From Phoronis australis (Eukaryota; Animalia; Phoronida), in the NCBI GenBank assembly GCA_002633005.1, contig NMRA01000287.1, positions 387,507 through 451,506 on the forward strand: DNA of 64,000 nt, written 5' to 3'. Position numbers and translations under genes: made by a program. The notes under the pieces were generated by a model. That model worked only from the letters and a program-made list of their open reading frames with translations, was not told where the DNA came from and did not search any database. Shown here in pieces: positions 50,911-63,561 of the stretch; the stretch's first letter is position 1, and every line of letters starts with the position of its first letter.

Positions 50911-52946
50911 TGGCAGGATATAAGGAATAGTGAAAACGCGCATGTGTCGATTATTTAGGGTGAAATCGACACATTACGTTTCGCGACCAAAACCCGCACA
51001 AACTTCCTAAACATGCGCGGAGAAACAAAAGTCCGCAAACCTCGAATCTGTCACGGCTCTGTTCCGCCAATGAGAACGTACCCGTGCGCCCCCTGTCTTC
51101 CACTGGCCAGTACGGACGTGCGCCCCCTGTCTTTGGCCAGTACGGACGTGCGCCCCCTGTCTTTGGCCAGTGCGGACGTGCGTCCCCTGTCTCCCACTGG
51201 CCAGTACGGACGTGCGCCCCCTGTCTTCCACTGGCCTCTACGGAAGTGCGCCCCTGTCTTCCACTGGCCAGGTTCTGACCCGACGGCTACCGTGATTCCG
51301 CGCTCCGGCGCCGAAAGTCATATACACATTTCTTTGTACTCGCAAAATTTTTCAACCCAACGTTTCTGAAACCGACACAAATGGCTAATAATCGACACAT
51401 TTCTTGGGACTTAGTAAATTTGGCACATACGCAGGGACAGACCGGCCTGCAGCGCTCCGCAAAACTTTTTAAGTCCCACAAAATGTGTCGATTATTCGCC
51501 ATTTGTGTCGCTTTCTCAAAGGTGCTTTGAAAATGTAAAAAAGCAAACGTATCGGGGTCAAGCGGCTGGCCGGTGTACAGTCCATTGTCGTGTCCCGGCA
51601 ATATCTGGGAAAGTCCCTAGCCGGCGCTTGCAGGATCTGCGCTGCCGAGCCTGGAACGCGGCTGCTCAGGTCTGTCCCCTGCGTAAATGTGCGAAATTTT
51701 CTAAGTTCCGAGATAATGTGTCGATTATTGGCCATTTATGTCGGTTTCAGAAACGTTGTGTTGAAATAATTATAAGTCCCGAGAAATGTGTCGATTATTG
51801 GCCATTTGTGTCGGTTTCAGAAACTTTGTGTTGAAATAATTATAAGTGCCGAGAAATGTGTCGATTATTGGCCATTTGTGTCGCTTTCTCAAAGGAGCCT
51901 TGAAAATATAACAAAAGTAAGCAAACAGCGGGGTCTATTTGCATGCCGGGATACAGTCCCTAGTCGTGTCCCAGGTGTCTGTGAAAGCTCCCCAGACGGT
52001 GGTCCACGCGGTCAAGTTCGGCAGATGGCGGGGTCTGCGCTGCCGAGGCCGGAGCGCGGCTGCAGGTCTGGCACCTGCATTTATGTGCGGCCTTTTTCTA
52101 AGTTCCGAGAAAATGTGTCAATTATTGACCATTTGTGTCGCTTTCAAAACATTTTTTTAAAATGTAACATGATAAAGGAAACGTAGCCTGGGGGTCCCGA
52201 GTGGCGGGCCGGTGTACAGTCCCTACTCGTCTCCCAGCTATCTACAAAAAGTCTCCTGGCGCGGCGGTCCATGTGGTCAAGTCCTGAAACCCTCTGTGTA
52301 TATGTGGGAAATTGTGTCGATTATTGACCATTTGTGTCGCTTTCTGAAGGAGCCTTGACTAACAAAGGTAAGCATACAGCGGGGTCGATCGGCAGGCCAG
52401 GATACAGCCTCCCTAGTCGTGTCCCAGGTATCTGTGAAAACTCCCCAGACGGCGGTCCGGCGCGGTCAAGTCCGGCAGTTTAATTGCGGGGTCCGTGCGC
52501 CAAGGTTGGAACGCGTGTCCCTTGCGTATGTGTGCGAAATTTTCTATGTTCCTAGAAATGTGTCGGTTATTGGCCATTTGAATTGGTTTCAAGTTCAGAG
52601 ACATTGGCGATCATGATTCCGACTAAGCGCCGGCATATACATGTACATGTAGGCCAATACTGATGCGGACTCCCAGAATGGCATCTGAAGCGGTCCACAT
52701 ACTAAAAGGCCTGATCAGCTGCCCTGTGGCCACGTATCTATTAGGCCTACGGTTGGCGGATGACCAACTGGGAGAATGAGTTCGCGCCCGCAGTCCCGGT
52801 GCCGGAAATTGACGATCCAGTTGGTGATCATAGTTTAATCAGCAAGTTTTTGCGGGTTTTAGTTCAGAAACGAAATGTGTCGATTTCACCATCAAAAACC
52901 GACACGTTTTAAAATGCACGTTTTCACTCTACCCCATATCTTGCCA
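50911..52946. mobile_element. 2-kb TIR element nested in the Sola-like transposon, with an internal minisatellite and dispersed 30-mer repeats
   Basis: ~100-bp imperfect TIR (TGGCAGGATAT...GTGAAATCGACACATT...AAAACCCGCA); AAATGTGTCGATTATTGGCCATTTGTGTCG-like units repeated about 8 times. Confidence 0.75.
51083..51270 (+). repeat. GC-rich 30-34 bp minisatellite, about 6 copies
   Basis: GTGCGCCCCCTGTCTT(CCAC)TGGCCAGTACGGAC units. Confidence 0.9.
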
Positions 52947-55695
52947 TATATCCAGAAATAAACAATGCATACCTGATCCAATGGGCAGGATCACAATTCT
53001 CTCAGTTCTTATCTCCTCTAACAATAAAGGCACAGAGTTTAGATGGGAAGAACTTTACACCAAACTTGTTCGTATGAAGGGGACACACCGTCAGTTCATC
53101 AGCCGAGCCCTCGTCAAATACAGCTCTGTTCAACAAAAGTTTCCACTCTGTTACGTCCTCCGATATGTTTATGTACCGCAGATATTTGGAGACATCTCTG
53201 TCACAGCTCATAACACTCGTCAGATTCTTTTCACCCCCGACTTCAGAACAATTTACTGTGGATTTTTTAGAGAATGAACAACAAGTAACCACAAGGGTTG
53301 CCATTCTTTTGTCTTCCTTCCCTTGTACTCTCAAAATTAGAATTCTTGTTGTAATTTCAGTTAAACGCTTAGTGTTTTATTCAAATATAACTTTATTCTA
53401 CACATAATTCATTATGAGGAAAGATACAGAGACAAATTGTAATGTTACGCTCTGTTCCTGTTAAAATACGCAATTTGATGAGTTTCGGTATGTCACGTGA
53501 CATCGACCTTCGCTGATAATTGCCAAGGCAATTATGCGAAAGTGCCTCCGAATAAAGTCGGATTGTCAAAGAAGGGTGAATTATCCCAAACTTCAATTAG
53601 TATTACGGTGAACAATAAAGTTTTTTTCTGTACCAAGACACCATTTTTTAAATATAATTTGGAACCTCTTTTTCATAATCGGACTTCTACTATCGGAAAA
53701 CTTCGGGATTTACTAAGCCTAACCAAGGCCTAACTGAAGTGACGTTCGGTCAATTTTAGTGCGTCAACAAAAAGTCGAGATGAAGTACAAATTCACACAG
53801 ATGCTCAACGAAATCAATTCCCAAGCACAGCCATGGCTTCAATTCCACTAATTATGAGCAAACTGGCTTTCAGCTCTGTGAGTGTTGGCATTCTTTTTGT
53901 CTTTTTGGACATTCTTGTCCTGTGTGTGAAAAAACCACGACGGAAGGTATTTATTATTTTTTTATAGAATGACTCCAGATAAAAACAGACGTGATTTAGT
54001 TATTCATATGTGAGTTCAAATTGGTGGTCAAAAGTAACATTTTGCAGTTTTGCAGGTTTTCTCAGATAATGCCTCTTAAACACTTTTAAGCCGTTTTGGC
54101 AATGATTTTGGACAAGCAATACTTTCTTGAGTAAGGATAGAACAGCACTTAAATTTTAATAAAAATAAGTGGTTCTGGCCTATCTATATTATAATAATAG
54201 GAATTAAGTTTCATCAAAATCTGTCAGTCGTTTTGACAGACAAGGAAATCATTATACATTATGTCCAGTACAATCACATAAGTGATGTGTATACTGTACA
54301 TGTACCTTCATCAGCCAGAATAATCTCTGTTGGGTCATTGACTTGTAAACAAGAGCAATGCAATGTAACTCACTACTACACGTTAAACAATATAATTCTA
54401 TGAGTGTCATACTATAATATAATTGTATGTATATTGATGACGTATGACGGCCAGGATGTACATGTAGAAATGTACATGGGACCACAGTAAATAATTTAAA
54501 TAAGTAATTCTGAATAACTAAAAAACAATATAATAAATTAAAATCCATATCTAATCAATAAATAAGAAATAAATTATAATTAATAACAAAATTGAAGGAA
54601 AAAATACGAACAACTATGTATTAAGAATAAACTAATCATTTGTTCAAAAATCATGCAAACCATTTACGATCATAAAATTGTCTATGTACACTGTAAGCGA
54701 TCGAATGCAGGTAACACCTCAACATCACAGGTTGACTGCGAAAGGTTCCACGCAAAACATCCTTTGTTTCAGTCATGTAAATCATCTATCTTAATTAGTA
54801 GGGAAGCAAAAAAGCAGAAGTCACGAATTTTCAATTGATGAATGCTGTAGCCGTAACCACCGTAAATTGCACCGTGGCTTTATACCGGGAGCATAGTATT
54901 GCGTCCCGGATTCCATGTGTGCACTATTCTACATGTATGTGTTAGGGTTCTAATTGTCCCGGTCTTTTACAGGTGCTAAGGGGACGAGTGTGCAAGTTTT
55001 CGCTACAATCGCTATTTTAGGTATATATGAACAGTTTCCGGTGTGTTTTTAATATTGATATAAAAGGGCAAAAAGTTGACCTTATTAACCTTGATTTACC
55101 TGCACAATTCGATCAAAAGTTGGCCTAATAGCATGCATTACATACAGTCATATCCCTGGAACCACTTGACAGAATCTGAGGATCTTTGGGTTGATTGTTA
55201 TGTTCACTAGAGCGCCGAATATTTTTTGATACTTCAGAGGTCATTTAAGGTGAGGACCATGGGACGATTTTCCAAAATATCGCTATCCTTACCCAGCTCA
55301 GTAAAAGATAGCACCCATTGTCAACTTCTAAACAAAATTAAAGCATTAGAACAAATCCAACCCAGAATAACGAGACACAGAATAAAACGTGTGAAAATTT
55401 TCGCTAATCAAGATAAAGCTTAGCTAACGTTTGTTCTTCTTTATTCAAACTAAAACATCTGAAGTGTATCGTCTCATCATAGGAGGTACATGTAAATATT
55501 CGCATGAACATTTTTAATTAAGCACTGAAAACATGTGACGTGACGTTAGGAACTGAAATAACGAGTGACAGGTCATTCTTGTTCGGAAATATTGACGAAT
55601 CACGTGCAAGCACCGTGATAAAAAGTAGCTCTAAAAACACACACACACAAACACGCACACAAATAGGATCGTGACGAGTTTGTGTGTGCATAATC

Positions 55696-58600
55696 ATGGC
55701 GATCTATGCAAGAGACGTCGTCGTGATAGCCACTCTATGGTCAATGCATTGGCATTTCAGTGTCACCAGCGACATTTGCCAATGGACTCCAAACAGTGCA
55801 CTAACTATATTTCGAATGGTTTCGAATAAACCACGGTACGGACTTTTGTTAGAGGAAATTGGGGTGACCACTTACCTCCAATGCTTCGATAGATGTCTGG
55901 TGACAAATCACTGCGATACACTAGTGTACGATGGCACGCTTTGTCAACTGCTTGAACTGCAGGGACCAACCCAGTCGGATCCAAACTCGCAGATTTTGAC
56001 AACGTACTCAACGGTAGATGAAAGAGCATTGGCAAACTACGTAAGTCGAAGTAGGACGATTCCAGCGGTCATACTGGAATTTAGGTTTAGATTTCCTCTA
56101 AAGTTAACTTTCCACCTGATTAGAGTATACAAGCGTAGGGTCAATCGACAGACGTCCTCAGTAAAACTAGGCAATTGACAACATAAATCTCTGTCCCTTA
56201 CAAAAATGAACTAAAGTTATTCACTGAAAACTTAAGTTTTTGGCTAAAAAATTTAAGTTTTTACAAAATAACTTAAGTTTTAAAGGAAAAACTTAAGTTC
56301 TTCCGAAAAACTTAAGTTTTTCAGCACAATGTTAAGTTTTTCAGAAAACTTAAGTTTTTCAGAAAACTTAATTTTTTTCAGGTGTAAAACTTAAGTTTTC
56401 ACAAATAAACTTTTCATGAAAACTTAATTTTTTGTACTAACAAAACTTAAGTTTTTCTGATAACTTAAGTTTATCACAAAACTTAAATGGAAAAACTCAA
56501 AGGTTTCTATGTGATGAAATTTTACGTTTTCAAGTTTTTAAAATTTGAATATAGTGAGATATTTAATTGATGGTTCGAAAATTTTTCCATTATTTTCCGA
56601 CAAAATTATTGTTTGCTCATGCATAACCCATCATCTCATTAAAATATTGCCCCGAATGTTTCCTTAACATTTATATAGATACAAACCATAAACGACGAAC
56701 GTTTAACCTGTTCAGTACAGATTTAACGCAATTACGTAATCACTATCGCACGCCTGTTAACTTCCTTCCAGGACCAAAGTTTAAGCGTTCATACTGAAAT
56801 TAACTCCCAAAAACGTTGACGCATCGATGTTAGTATGAAAGGCCCTATAGATATGTGTATGAAGTTTAGTAGCTTTAAAGTAAAGGAAAAAGAATATTTT
56901 TGTGGTTAAAAGTCTGAGTTTTCTAATTTCCATCTCGTATAACCAGGTTCTACTTAGGGTTACTTTTAGTGAAACTTGTTCGCACCATGGAGTGTATTGG
57001 ATTTACTGTTATGATTGTCAACAAAACGAAACTTTGACTTTTAAATTGATATTTTTAAGGTTGAAAACAATTACAGGTGCTTCTAGGCGCTATTTCTAGC
57101 ATAAGGATTGTTTTTCTCAAAATCAGACTTGTGGTCATTGTCGATAAACTTTTAGTTACCTGTTACGTTTTATGTTATGCTTTTGTCTATGCGGATATTC
57201 TTGGATTTTGCACATTAAGTGATTTGTTATTCTTGGTGTCATTGCTGTAATTTTAGCTGAAAAAGTCTGCTGTTGAAACGTAGACTTTTGTTGTAGTCCT
57301 TCCTGGCTATGTAATCACATTTTCTTTGGTTGTGTTTCATGATTTGGTAGTTTTTTTTCTGTTTGTACATTCCATTTTGCTCTCTCAGTTATCGCATAAT
57401 TGTCATAGACTGAGAATGATGCCAATATCAATATATTATTAGACTCATTTAGTTTTCCCTGCGTTGTATGCATGACACTTGAACTGATTTTTGAAATATT
57501 TCTGGTTTCTAAGGTTTTGATGTTTCAGTTATGTTCACTTATTTTAAGGAACTAGTGTATTTTAGGAAGTGCATTTTAATTTCTGCAACTGATTATTGTT
57601 AATGAAATGTTAACAGATCTCTAGTTTGTTAAATCTTCATGGGAATCTTTAAATTTGTTACTGTACTCCACTCTAGTTTTAGTGAAAGTGGAAATTTTTG
57701 AATGCCTGTCCTAATGAAACTTATTGCTTTTAGAAAACTTCAGTTTTCAAAAGTTAGTTCATTGAAAACTTAGTTTTCAAAAATTTAAGTTTTGATGACT
57801 TATGTTTATTACTAAAAACTTGTTCTAAACTTAAGTTTTTGAAAAACTTAAGTTTCTGAAACTTAAGTTTTCCAAAAACTTAAGTATTTTGGAACAAGTT
57901 TTTTGGAACGAACTTGTTTTTAAAACCTAAGTTTTCAGAAAACTTAAGTTTTTCGATGAAATTTTAAGTTCATTTTTGTAAGGGTAGTTTGTTTACAATT
58001 CTGCAAGATTCTCGAGTCATGTTTGGCGGTACTGTTGTTGGTATCTAATTTAATACCATGAATCACGATCACCCGATGCAAATCAATGCCCATGTAAGAT
58101 AATGTGAAATGTATCAGTTGCGAAATACCGGAACTTTATTTCATATTGATAATTAATGAGACCTGTCTGCAAGACTGATTATTTACCTATATTCCTCGGA
58201 GAACTCTAACCTCTATTGATGGATTTATAGATAATTTTAGTGACGGGAACTGTTGTCTTTTGATAATGGTTTACTCTCTTCTTTCATGGTGAGGACAGTT
58301 TGGCCACCTAGAATGTTAGGGGCGGTCTTGAGGCTTGAATATAAATTTTTCTTGTAGTTCTCTCTCAAACCTGGGTAGAGTTCAACAGCGCTAGCACTTT
58401 CTAGAAACTTGTAGACTTCACGGATTTATGCCAGACATTGCCTTTTATTTTAAAAAGGCCAAGAGATTTTGGCTACTTTTTCTCGCCGCAAGACAACTAC
58501 TGAACCCTATCTTTTCTCTGTGCAAGGTTACGGAGACGTGTTCAAAATAGACGGAGAATTATGTACCTAGTGCTAAAATATATTACTGTTGTAACTGGTC

Positions 58601-61600
58601 CAAGGTACAAGATTTTGAGCTTAAGTTTGACTTGATTATGAGGTTACATTTTAAGGAAATTGAAAGCGTTCGAGATTATTGCTCTTTGAAGAGTTTGGTC
58701 AGAGTACGTAGTTCAGCCAAGACTCTTTCTTCACCAGCGTGTTGTCACGTGACACTGAGAGAATGTGCGACACTTGGTGTTTTGAGAGAGACTACGTGTT
58801 GACGGACACAACCAGTCATTGATGGCAGTTGAACGGACAATGAGCAAAGCTATGTAGAGCTACTACTGTTTGGCGCTACACCACAGCTTGCGGCAATATT
58901 TTGTGGTAACAAAGTTGGGCAAATCAGAATCCTTATAGTTTAAGAACCCCCAAAAACCGTGGGCTGTAACTGGTTCAATAAAAGTTTACCCACAGAAGCC
59001 CTAGCAAGATATAAATGGTACTACTTGTATATCTTTTCTTTAAGGAGAACTCAGTCAAAATATGTGGAAAGGACAGACAAGGCATGCCTGATCTCTACTG
59101 TCGGTTGGAATGTCTGGAAAAGGAACCGTGTATTTGTCACCAGTCAGGTATTGTGTTGAATTACATCGTTTATTTCGACGGCTCACTACCCTGCGTCACT
59201 TTGCAGCAGCTAAGTTAACGGAAATGAATTTTATCTCCTATTGGCCAATAGTATAAGAGTTTATTACAACAATATTAGCCAATCACAATCAATCGAGCAA
59301 ATCATACAAGGTGTCACAAAAGTTAATGGCACCTTAATTTGAATGAGCAGGCGCTGCCAATGGACTGGTGAATATTTTTCAAAAGGATTTAAGCTGTGTA
59401 TTTTATGATAATAAAAAGTCCTGAAAAGTATTTTTTCACGAATATTAGTGTATAAGATCGCCCTAGAAAACGTGTGTCAGGTGAAAGCTGACCATCATTG
59501 TGGTACTACATGTTATATTGTGTTGTTCTGTTAGCTTCTTGCCAGTCGGTGTTGGGTTGACATGATCCACGGGGCCAGCCTAGTGATAATGCAATTTGTT
59601 TACAACGGAATGCAAGAGAACATTCCAGAAAAATGACCTGGGGCAAGGCTAGCGATGACGAAATTTGTTTCCAATAAAAACCCAGTTAATATTCTAGAAA
59701 ATGGTCCTTCAAATAAGTGATTAGAATACATAACCCTGTTCTGGAGCATTCTAAGGACTTGTTTATGTGTTTAGAAATACGAAACATATGGAAAAGTGTA
59801 TGCTCACTAGTAAAAAGTTGCAGAAAATCGCAAAAGACTTTAAATACCAACACATGAGTTAAATTAAGTCAATTGTCAAGTTAAAGTTATTGTTGTTTTG
59901 AGGTTATACAGGTGTTGAACGAACGATTGCCGGAAGTAATTCACAAGTGAATGTTTTGCATCATTGATTGGAGCTAAGAACAAATATTACGTCGTACGTT
60001 GCGTTTGATAAGACCTGTGAACCTTTGGTCGGGATAACATTAATAATTAACTATCCTGTCTATCATCCCACTGGAAGCTACATGTATTAGCACCGGTGAG
60101 TGACAACCTGCGCCCTCCCATGAATGTGGGATAAATTGACATTAGGAAAGTAAATTTTCTTTCCTATGCAATAGCAAGAAATAATAAAAAATATCAATGA
60201 TGGCATATTACTTTAATTAGGGTTGTTTTAAAAAAGTTAAAATTATGTTAAAAAGTACAATTTCTATGAAAATGTCCACCTCCTGCACCTATGGTGGGCC
60301 GTTGAGGGGAAAGTGTCGCCGTAAAATTACGCTCGTGATTACGAGCGTAAATTAAATTGCAGGAGTGTCGCCGTACAATTACGCTCGTAAATTAAATGGG
60401 AAAAAGTTTCGCCGTAAAATTACGCTCGTAATTACGAGCGTAAATTAAATGGGGGAAATGTCGCCGTAAATTGCGCTCGTAAAATACCTTAAGAACGTTC
60501 CAAATTTGGCCAATCAGTGTTGACCTAACATACACGACTGTTGCTAGGCAGCTCGTTCTTGCACAATCGCTGACATTGCAGAAGCGATTTGATCCGCAAT
60601 GGTTCAGCGCTCGTATCGTAGACATGTAACCCGTCAGTAAGTAAGTATTTCCATTAGCACGCGCGACTGTGAATTGTAACCCAACGTCATTGGCTAAACG
60701 CTTAAGCTAAATTACGAGCGTAATTTTATGCCGTAAAGAATTAAATTACGCTCGTAATTTTACGGCGTAATTAACGGCGTAAATAACGGCGTAATGTACA
60801 TAATTACGCTCGTATTTTTCCGGCGACACTTTCCCCCCAACGGCCCATCATATGCACCCACGCATTCCGTCGCTTTTGATAGGATTTTAATTATCGCGTC
60901 CACTCGCTGTTAATTCCAAGCCTTCATAGGACATTGTCATCTCTGTGTCTTTGTCCTACACGTAACATTGCAATAAATATGCAACACCAGTTTTGCACAC
61001 AGCATAGAGGAAATAAAGCGACAAAACCCTCCACGCACACCCATACTTACTCAGTGAGACCCCAGGCAAGAATAGGTCAGCGAAACGTGTGATTTCCAGG
61101 AGATGTAGGATGTTTTGGTGTGTGTCGTGAAACTAAGATTCTAAGCCTTGTTTTCAACAGGGTGAATTTTGCAGCCCTTTTTGCAGTGATTACTGTTTTT
61201 AATGATTTACATTTGGAATTAAACTCAATTTCATGTGGAAAACAAACATAAGCCTTTTGCGGGATTTTGCTAGGTGGGGCCTGCCAAGTGTGTCACACTC
61301 ACTTAATAGAATAGAATTTTCTGGTGCAAAAATCAAGTGAGAAAACAGTTTAGTAATGTTGCTCCATATTAAAATTTAATGACTGTGGTAACCACGTAGT
61401 CAGTAAGACCAGCTTTGAATGAGTCAGTTTGTTCAAAATGTATAATTAAGATAGAGCTGTGCAGGAGATTAGGACATCGCTTAAGCATCCATTGAAATAT
61501 GTTTGTGATGACGTTAAGTCTGCTGCTCCCAAAACACTTTACTTTATTAAAAACAGAGCAGACGTAGTTTTCAAGCAGTGGTGGACTTTGTGTATCACGC

Positions 61601-63119
61601 GTTCATATCAACAAATTTGCCTTGAAATAAACCATCAGGGTATAACCAGATGTCGTTTGGTTATGTTCTGCCGACTTGGTTAAATATTACCGCTTACCAG
61701 AAATGGCGTTCGCAATAATATCCAGTTATCATTTACTTCCTTGCATATATTCATTACTGAGACCGAGCTTAGACCAGCAAGAAACACTTTTATGCAATAC
61801 TCGATCATCTTCCAGTGTTGGTCAAGATTTGAACCCGGATTTTAAATCAGTGAATCACGTTGACTTGGTCCTTTGGGTGTAAGCATATTACTAGCCTGTA
61901 CCTCACCGGGGGAACATTCTCTATAACTACTTAGTTATTTATAAAATGTGACATTCATTAACAAGGGTAAATATTTCCTTAACATTAACCTGATAGAACT
62001 AATAATAGGGCTTACCAATATTAAGCCCTTGGGACCTTCTTTGGAAACGAAGACCATTCAAGGCTCTGTGAAGTATCATGTGAGACCGTTTTGCAAAAAT
62101 CGTTTTTTCCTATTTGCTGAAATTTTAATGTTAAACTAAGATCAATATCTAACAATTACTCAATTTCACAGAGGCTAATTTGCTCGTTTTCAAACCCAAA
62201 CATGTGGTGACGACCGAGACGGGAATTTTCACTTATAATTTCTGTTTTTTGAACTCCAGTGAAAGGCGAAACAATACTTTCTAGTTGAAAGAACTTACGG
62301 GTGACTTGACAACGACCTTCACAGATTTTCTTGAAAATTTATGGGAACTTGAGCTTCCCCTTAATGCACTAAGTTACATGCACGTCTGATTTTTTTCTGA
62401 CTCATTTTTGTAACAGTAAAAAGCTGCTATATTTGCAACACTATTCAGACTTCTTAAAAGTAAGGAACAACTCTGGTTTTTCTGTGACTGTGTGTGACAT
62501 TAAAACCCAGAAAAAACTTTCATATCTAAGAAAATCATGTGGTTGTTAAAGTATCGACTTTTCAAAAATTGAGAATTTTTCAGATTTTTCAACATGCTGA
62601 TTTTTTTTTTCTAAAAGGAAATATGTTTTTCATGTGTAAATATGAAACTAATGAAATTTGATAGAATTGATCTAGTTTAGTACAAACCTGAAGCGAAAAA
62701 TTATGTCATTGACACTTGACATCAGTTCTTAGCCCATCTGCGAATACCAGGGCAGCCATATTTCCAATTGGAAAGTTTCAGTCACTGTTTTATATTACTA
62801 AGCAATTTCAACAAGTACAATGTACTTGACACTTGACAACCAAAATGCGCATTTTCAGTTGAATTTCTTTGCATCGAGTCAGAAAATCGAAATTTTCACC
62901 TTTATTGTTGTAATTTTCATTCATCGTCTATAAATTCCATGAGTCATCTTTTACAGCCATTGACAACAATTGTAATTAAATGCCCGCATTTGTGATTTGT
63001 TTTCAAGTATTTAACACGCCCTCACCAGTGCTGCATCAGAAAATTAGCACAAAATATGATGTCAAAGGAATGAAGCACGTGACCATCAGAGGCAACCACT
63101 ACTTAATGATCGCCAACGC
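55696..63119 (+). CDS. Gene 2 (3'-partial, 3 exons seen): secreted protein, signal peptide-PAN/apple-Cys-rich-EAR/EPTP
   Basis: Exons 55696-56040 (MAIYARDVVVIATLWSMHWHFSVTS...QCFDRCLVTNHCDTLVYDGTLCQL...|gtaagt), 59045-59147 (ENSVKICG...YCRLECLEKEPCICHQS|gtattg) and 63008-63119 (VFNTPSPVLHQKISTKYDVKGMKHVTIRGNHYLMIAN|gtgagt); phases 0, 1, 2 are consistent. Confidence 0.8.
56195..57984. mobile_element. Foldback-like non-autonomous transposon with arrays of the palindrome AAAACTTAAGTTTT
   Basis: TIR CCCTTACAAAAATGAACT / AGTTCATTTTTGTAAGGG; roughly a dozen AAAACTTAAGTTTT-like units at each end. Confidence 0.85.
59475..60105 (+). mobile_element. LTR homologous to 7162-7831
   Basis: TGTCAG...TGACA followed by ACCTGCGCCC; shared blocks near both ends; HSE GAACATTCCAGAA at 59618-59630. 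Confidence 0.55.
60290..60852. mobile_element. MITE with TAT...ATA termini and 6-bp TSD (IS3EU-like)
   Basis: TIR TATGGTGGGCCGTTG-GGGGAAAGTGTCGCCG; TSD TGCACC (60284-60289 and 60853-60858); internal TTACGCTCGTAA/TTACGAGCGTAA arrays. Confidence 0.8.
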
Positions 63120-63561
63120 GTGAGTAAATATCCCGCCTTTGTCTAAATTGGTTCCCAGAGTTCTCCGTTTTGCAGCCTCTGGATGACCAACATTCTAAAT
63201 ATATTTGTTAACGCACCATCTCGCAATCGATTTGTGGCGGGAGGAGTTGTTGAAACAGGCTCATAAGAATCCTCTTATCGTGACAAATACTGTATCGCGA
63301 CTCAAAATTTGTTTCACGTTATGAATAACCCATTCCTTGATTTTATTAGTGCAATTCAATGTAAATGTTAATCTCGAGACCAAAAAAATAAAATTGTGGC
63401 TACACTATCATTGTGGTCTCATCTGAATGACCATTCTCTCAAGTTTCAGGCTTTATATTTTATTGCCGAATGGAACCACTTTTAGCGGTCACTAGACCCT
63501 GAAACTTAGATCGATTTTCATGTGTGTTCTTAATTTTTGTCATCAAAGTTAATAATGTGTA

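Larger units (their letters stand above)
46453..54075 (-). mobile_element. 7.6-kb Sola-like DNA transposon (GAG...CTC termini) with deleted transposase
   Basis: Perfect 25-bp TIR GAGGCATTATCTGAGAAAACCTGCA, flanks TTTA/TTAA. Minus-strand ORF remnants: EWKLLLNRA...TVCPLH (53002-53334); WALK...FNDGEKSGQKADP...QISSFF and HPIMY...NLC...CAC (49619-50150). Confidence 0.7.

Noticed and set aside
51007-52616. Several overlapping ORFs of 60-130 aa, and repeats with spacers resembling a CRISPR array
   Set aside because: The ORFs arise from GC-rich repeats. Spacer lengths are irregular, one repeat is inverted, there are no cas genes, and the array sits inside a TIR element in a eukaryotic genome.
61800-61890. 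Minus-strand GGTTCAAATC B-box-like sequence
   Set aside because: No clear A box or cloverleaf; at most a decayed SINE head.
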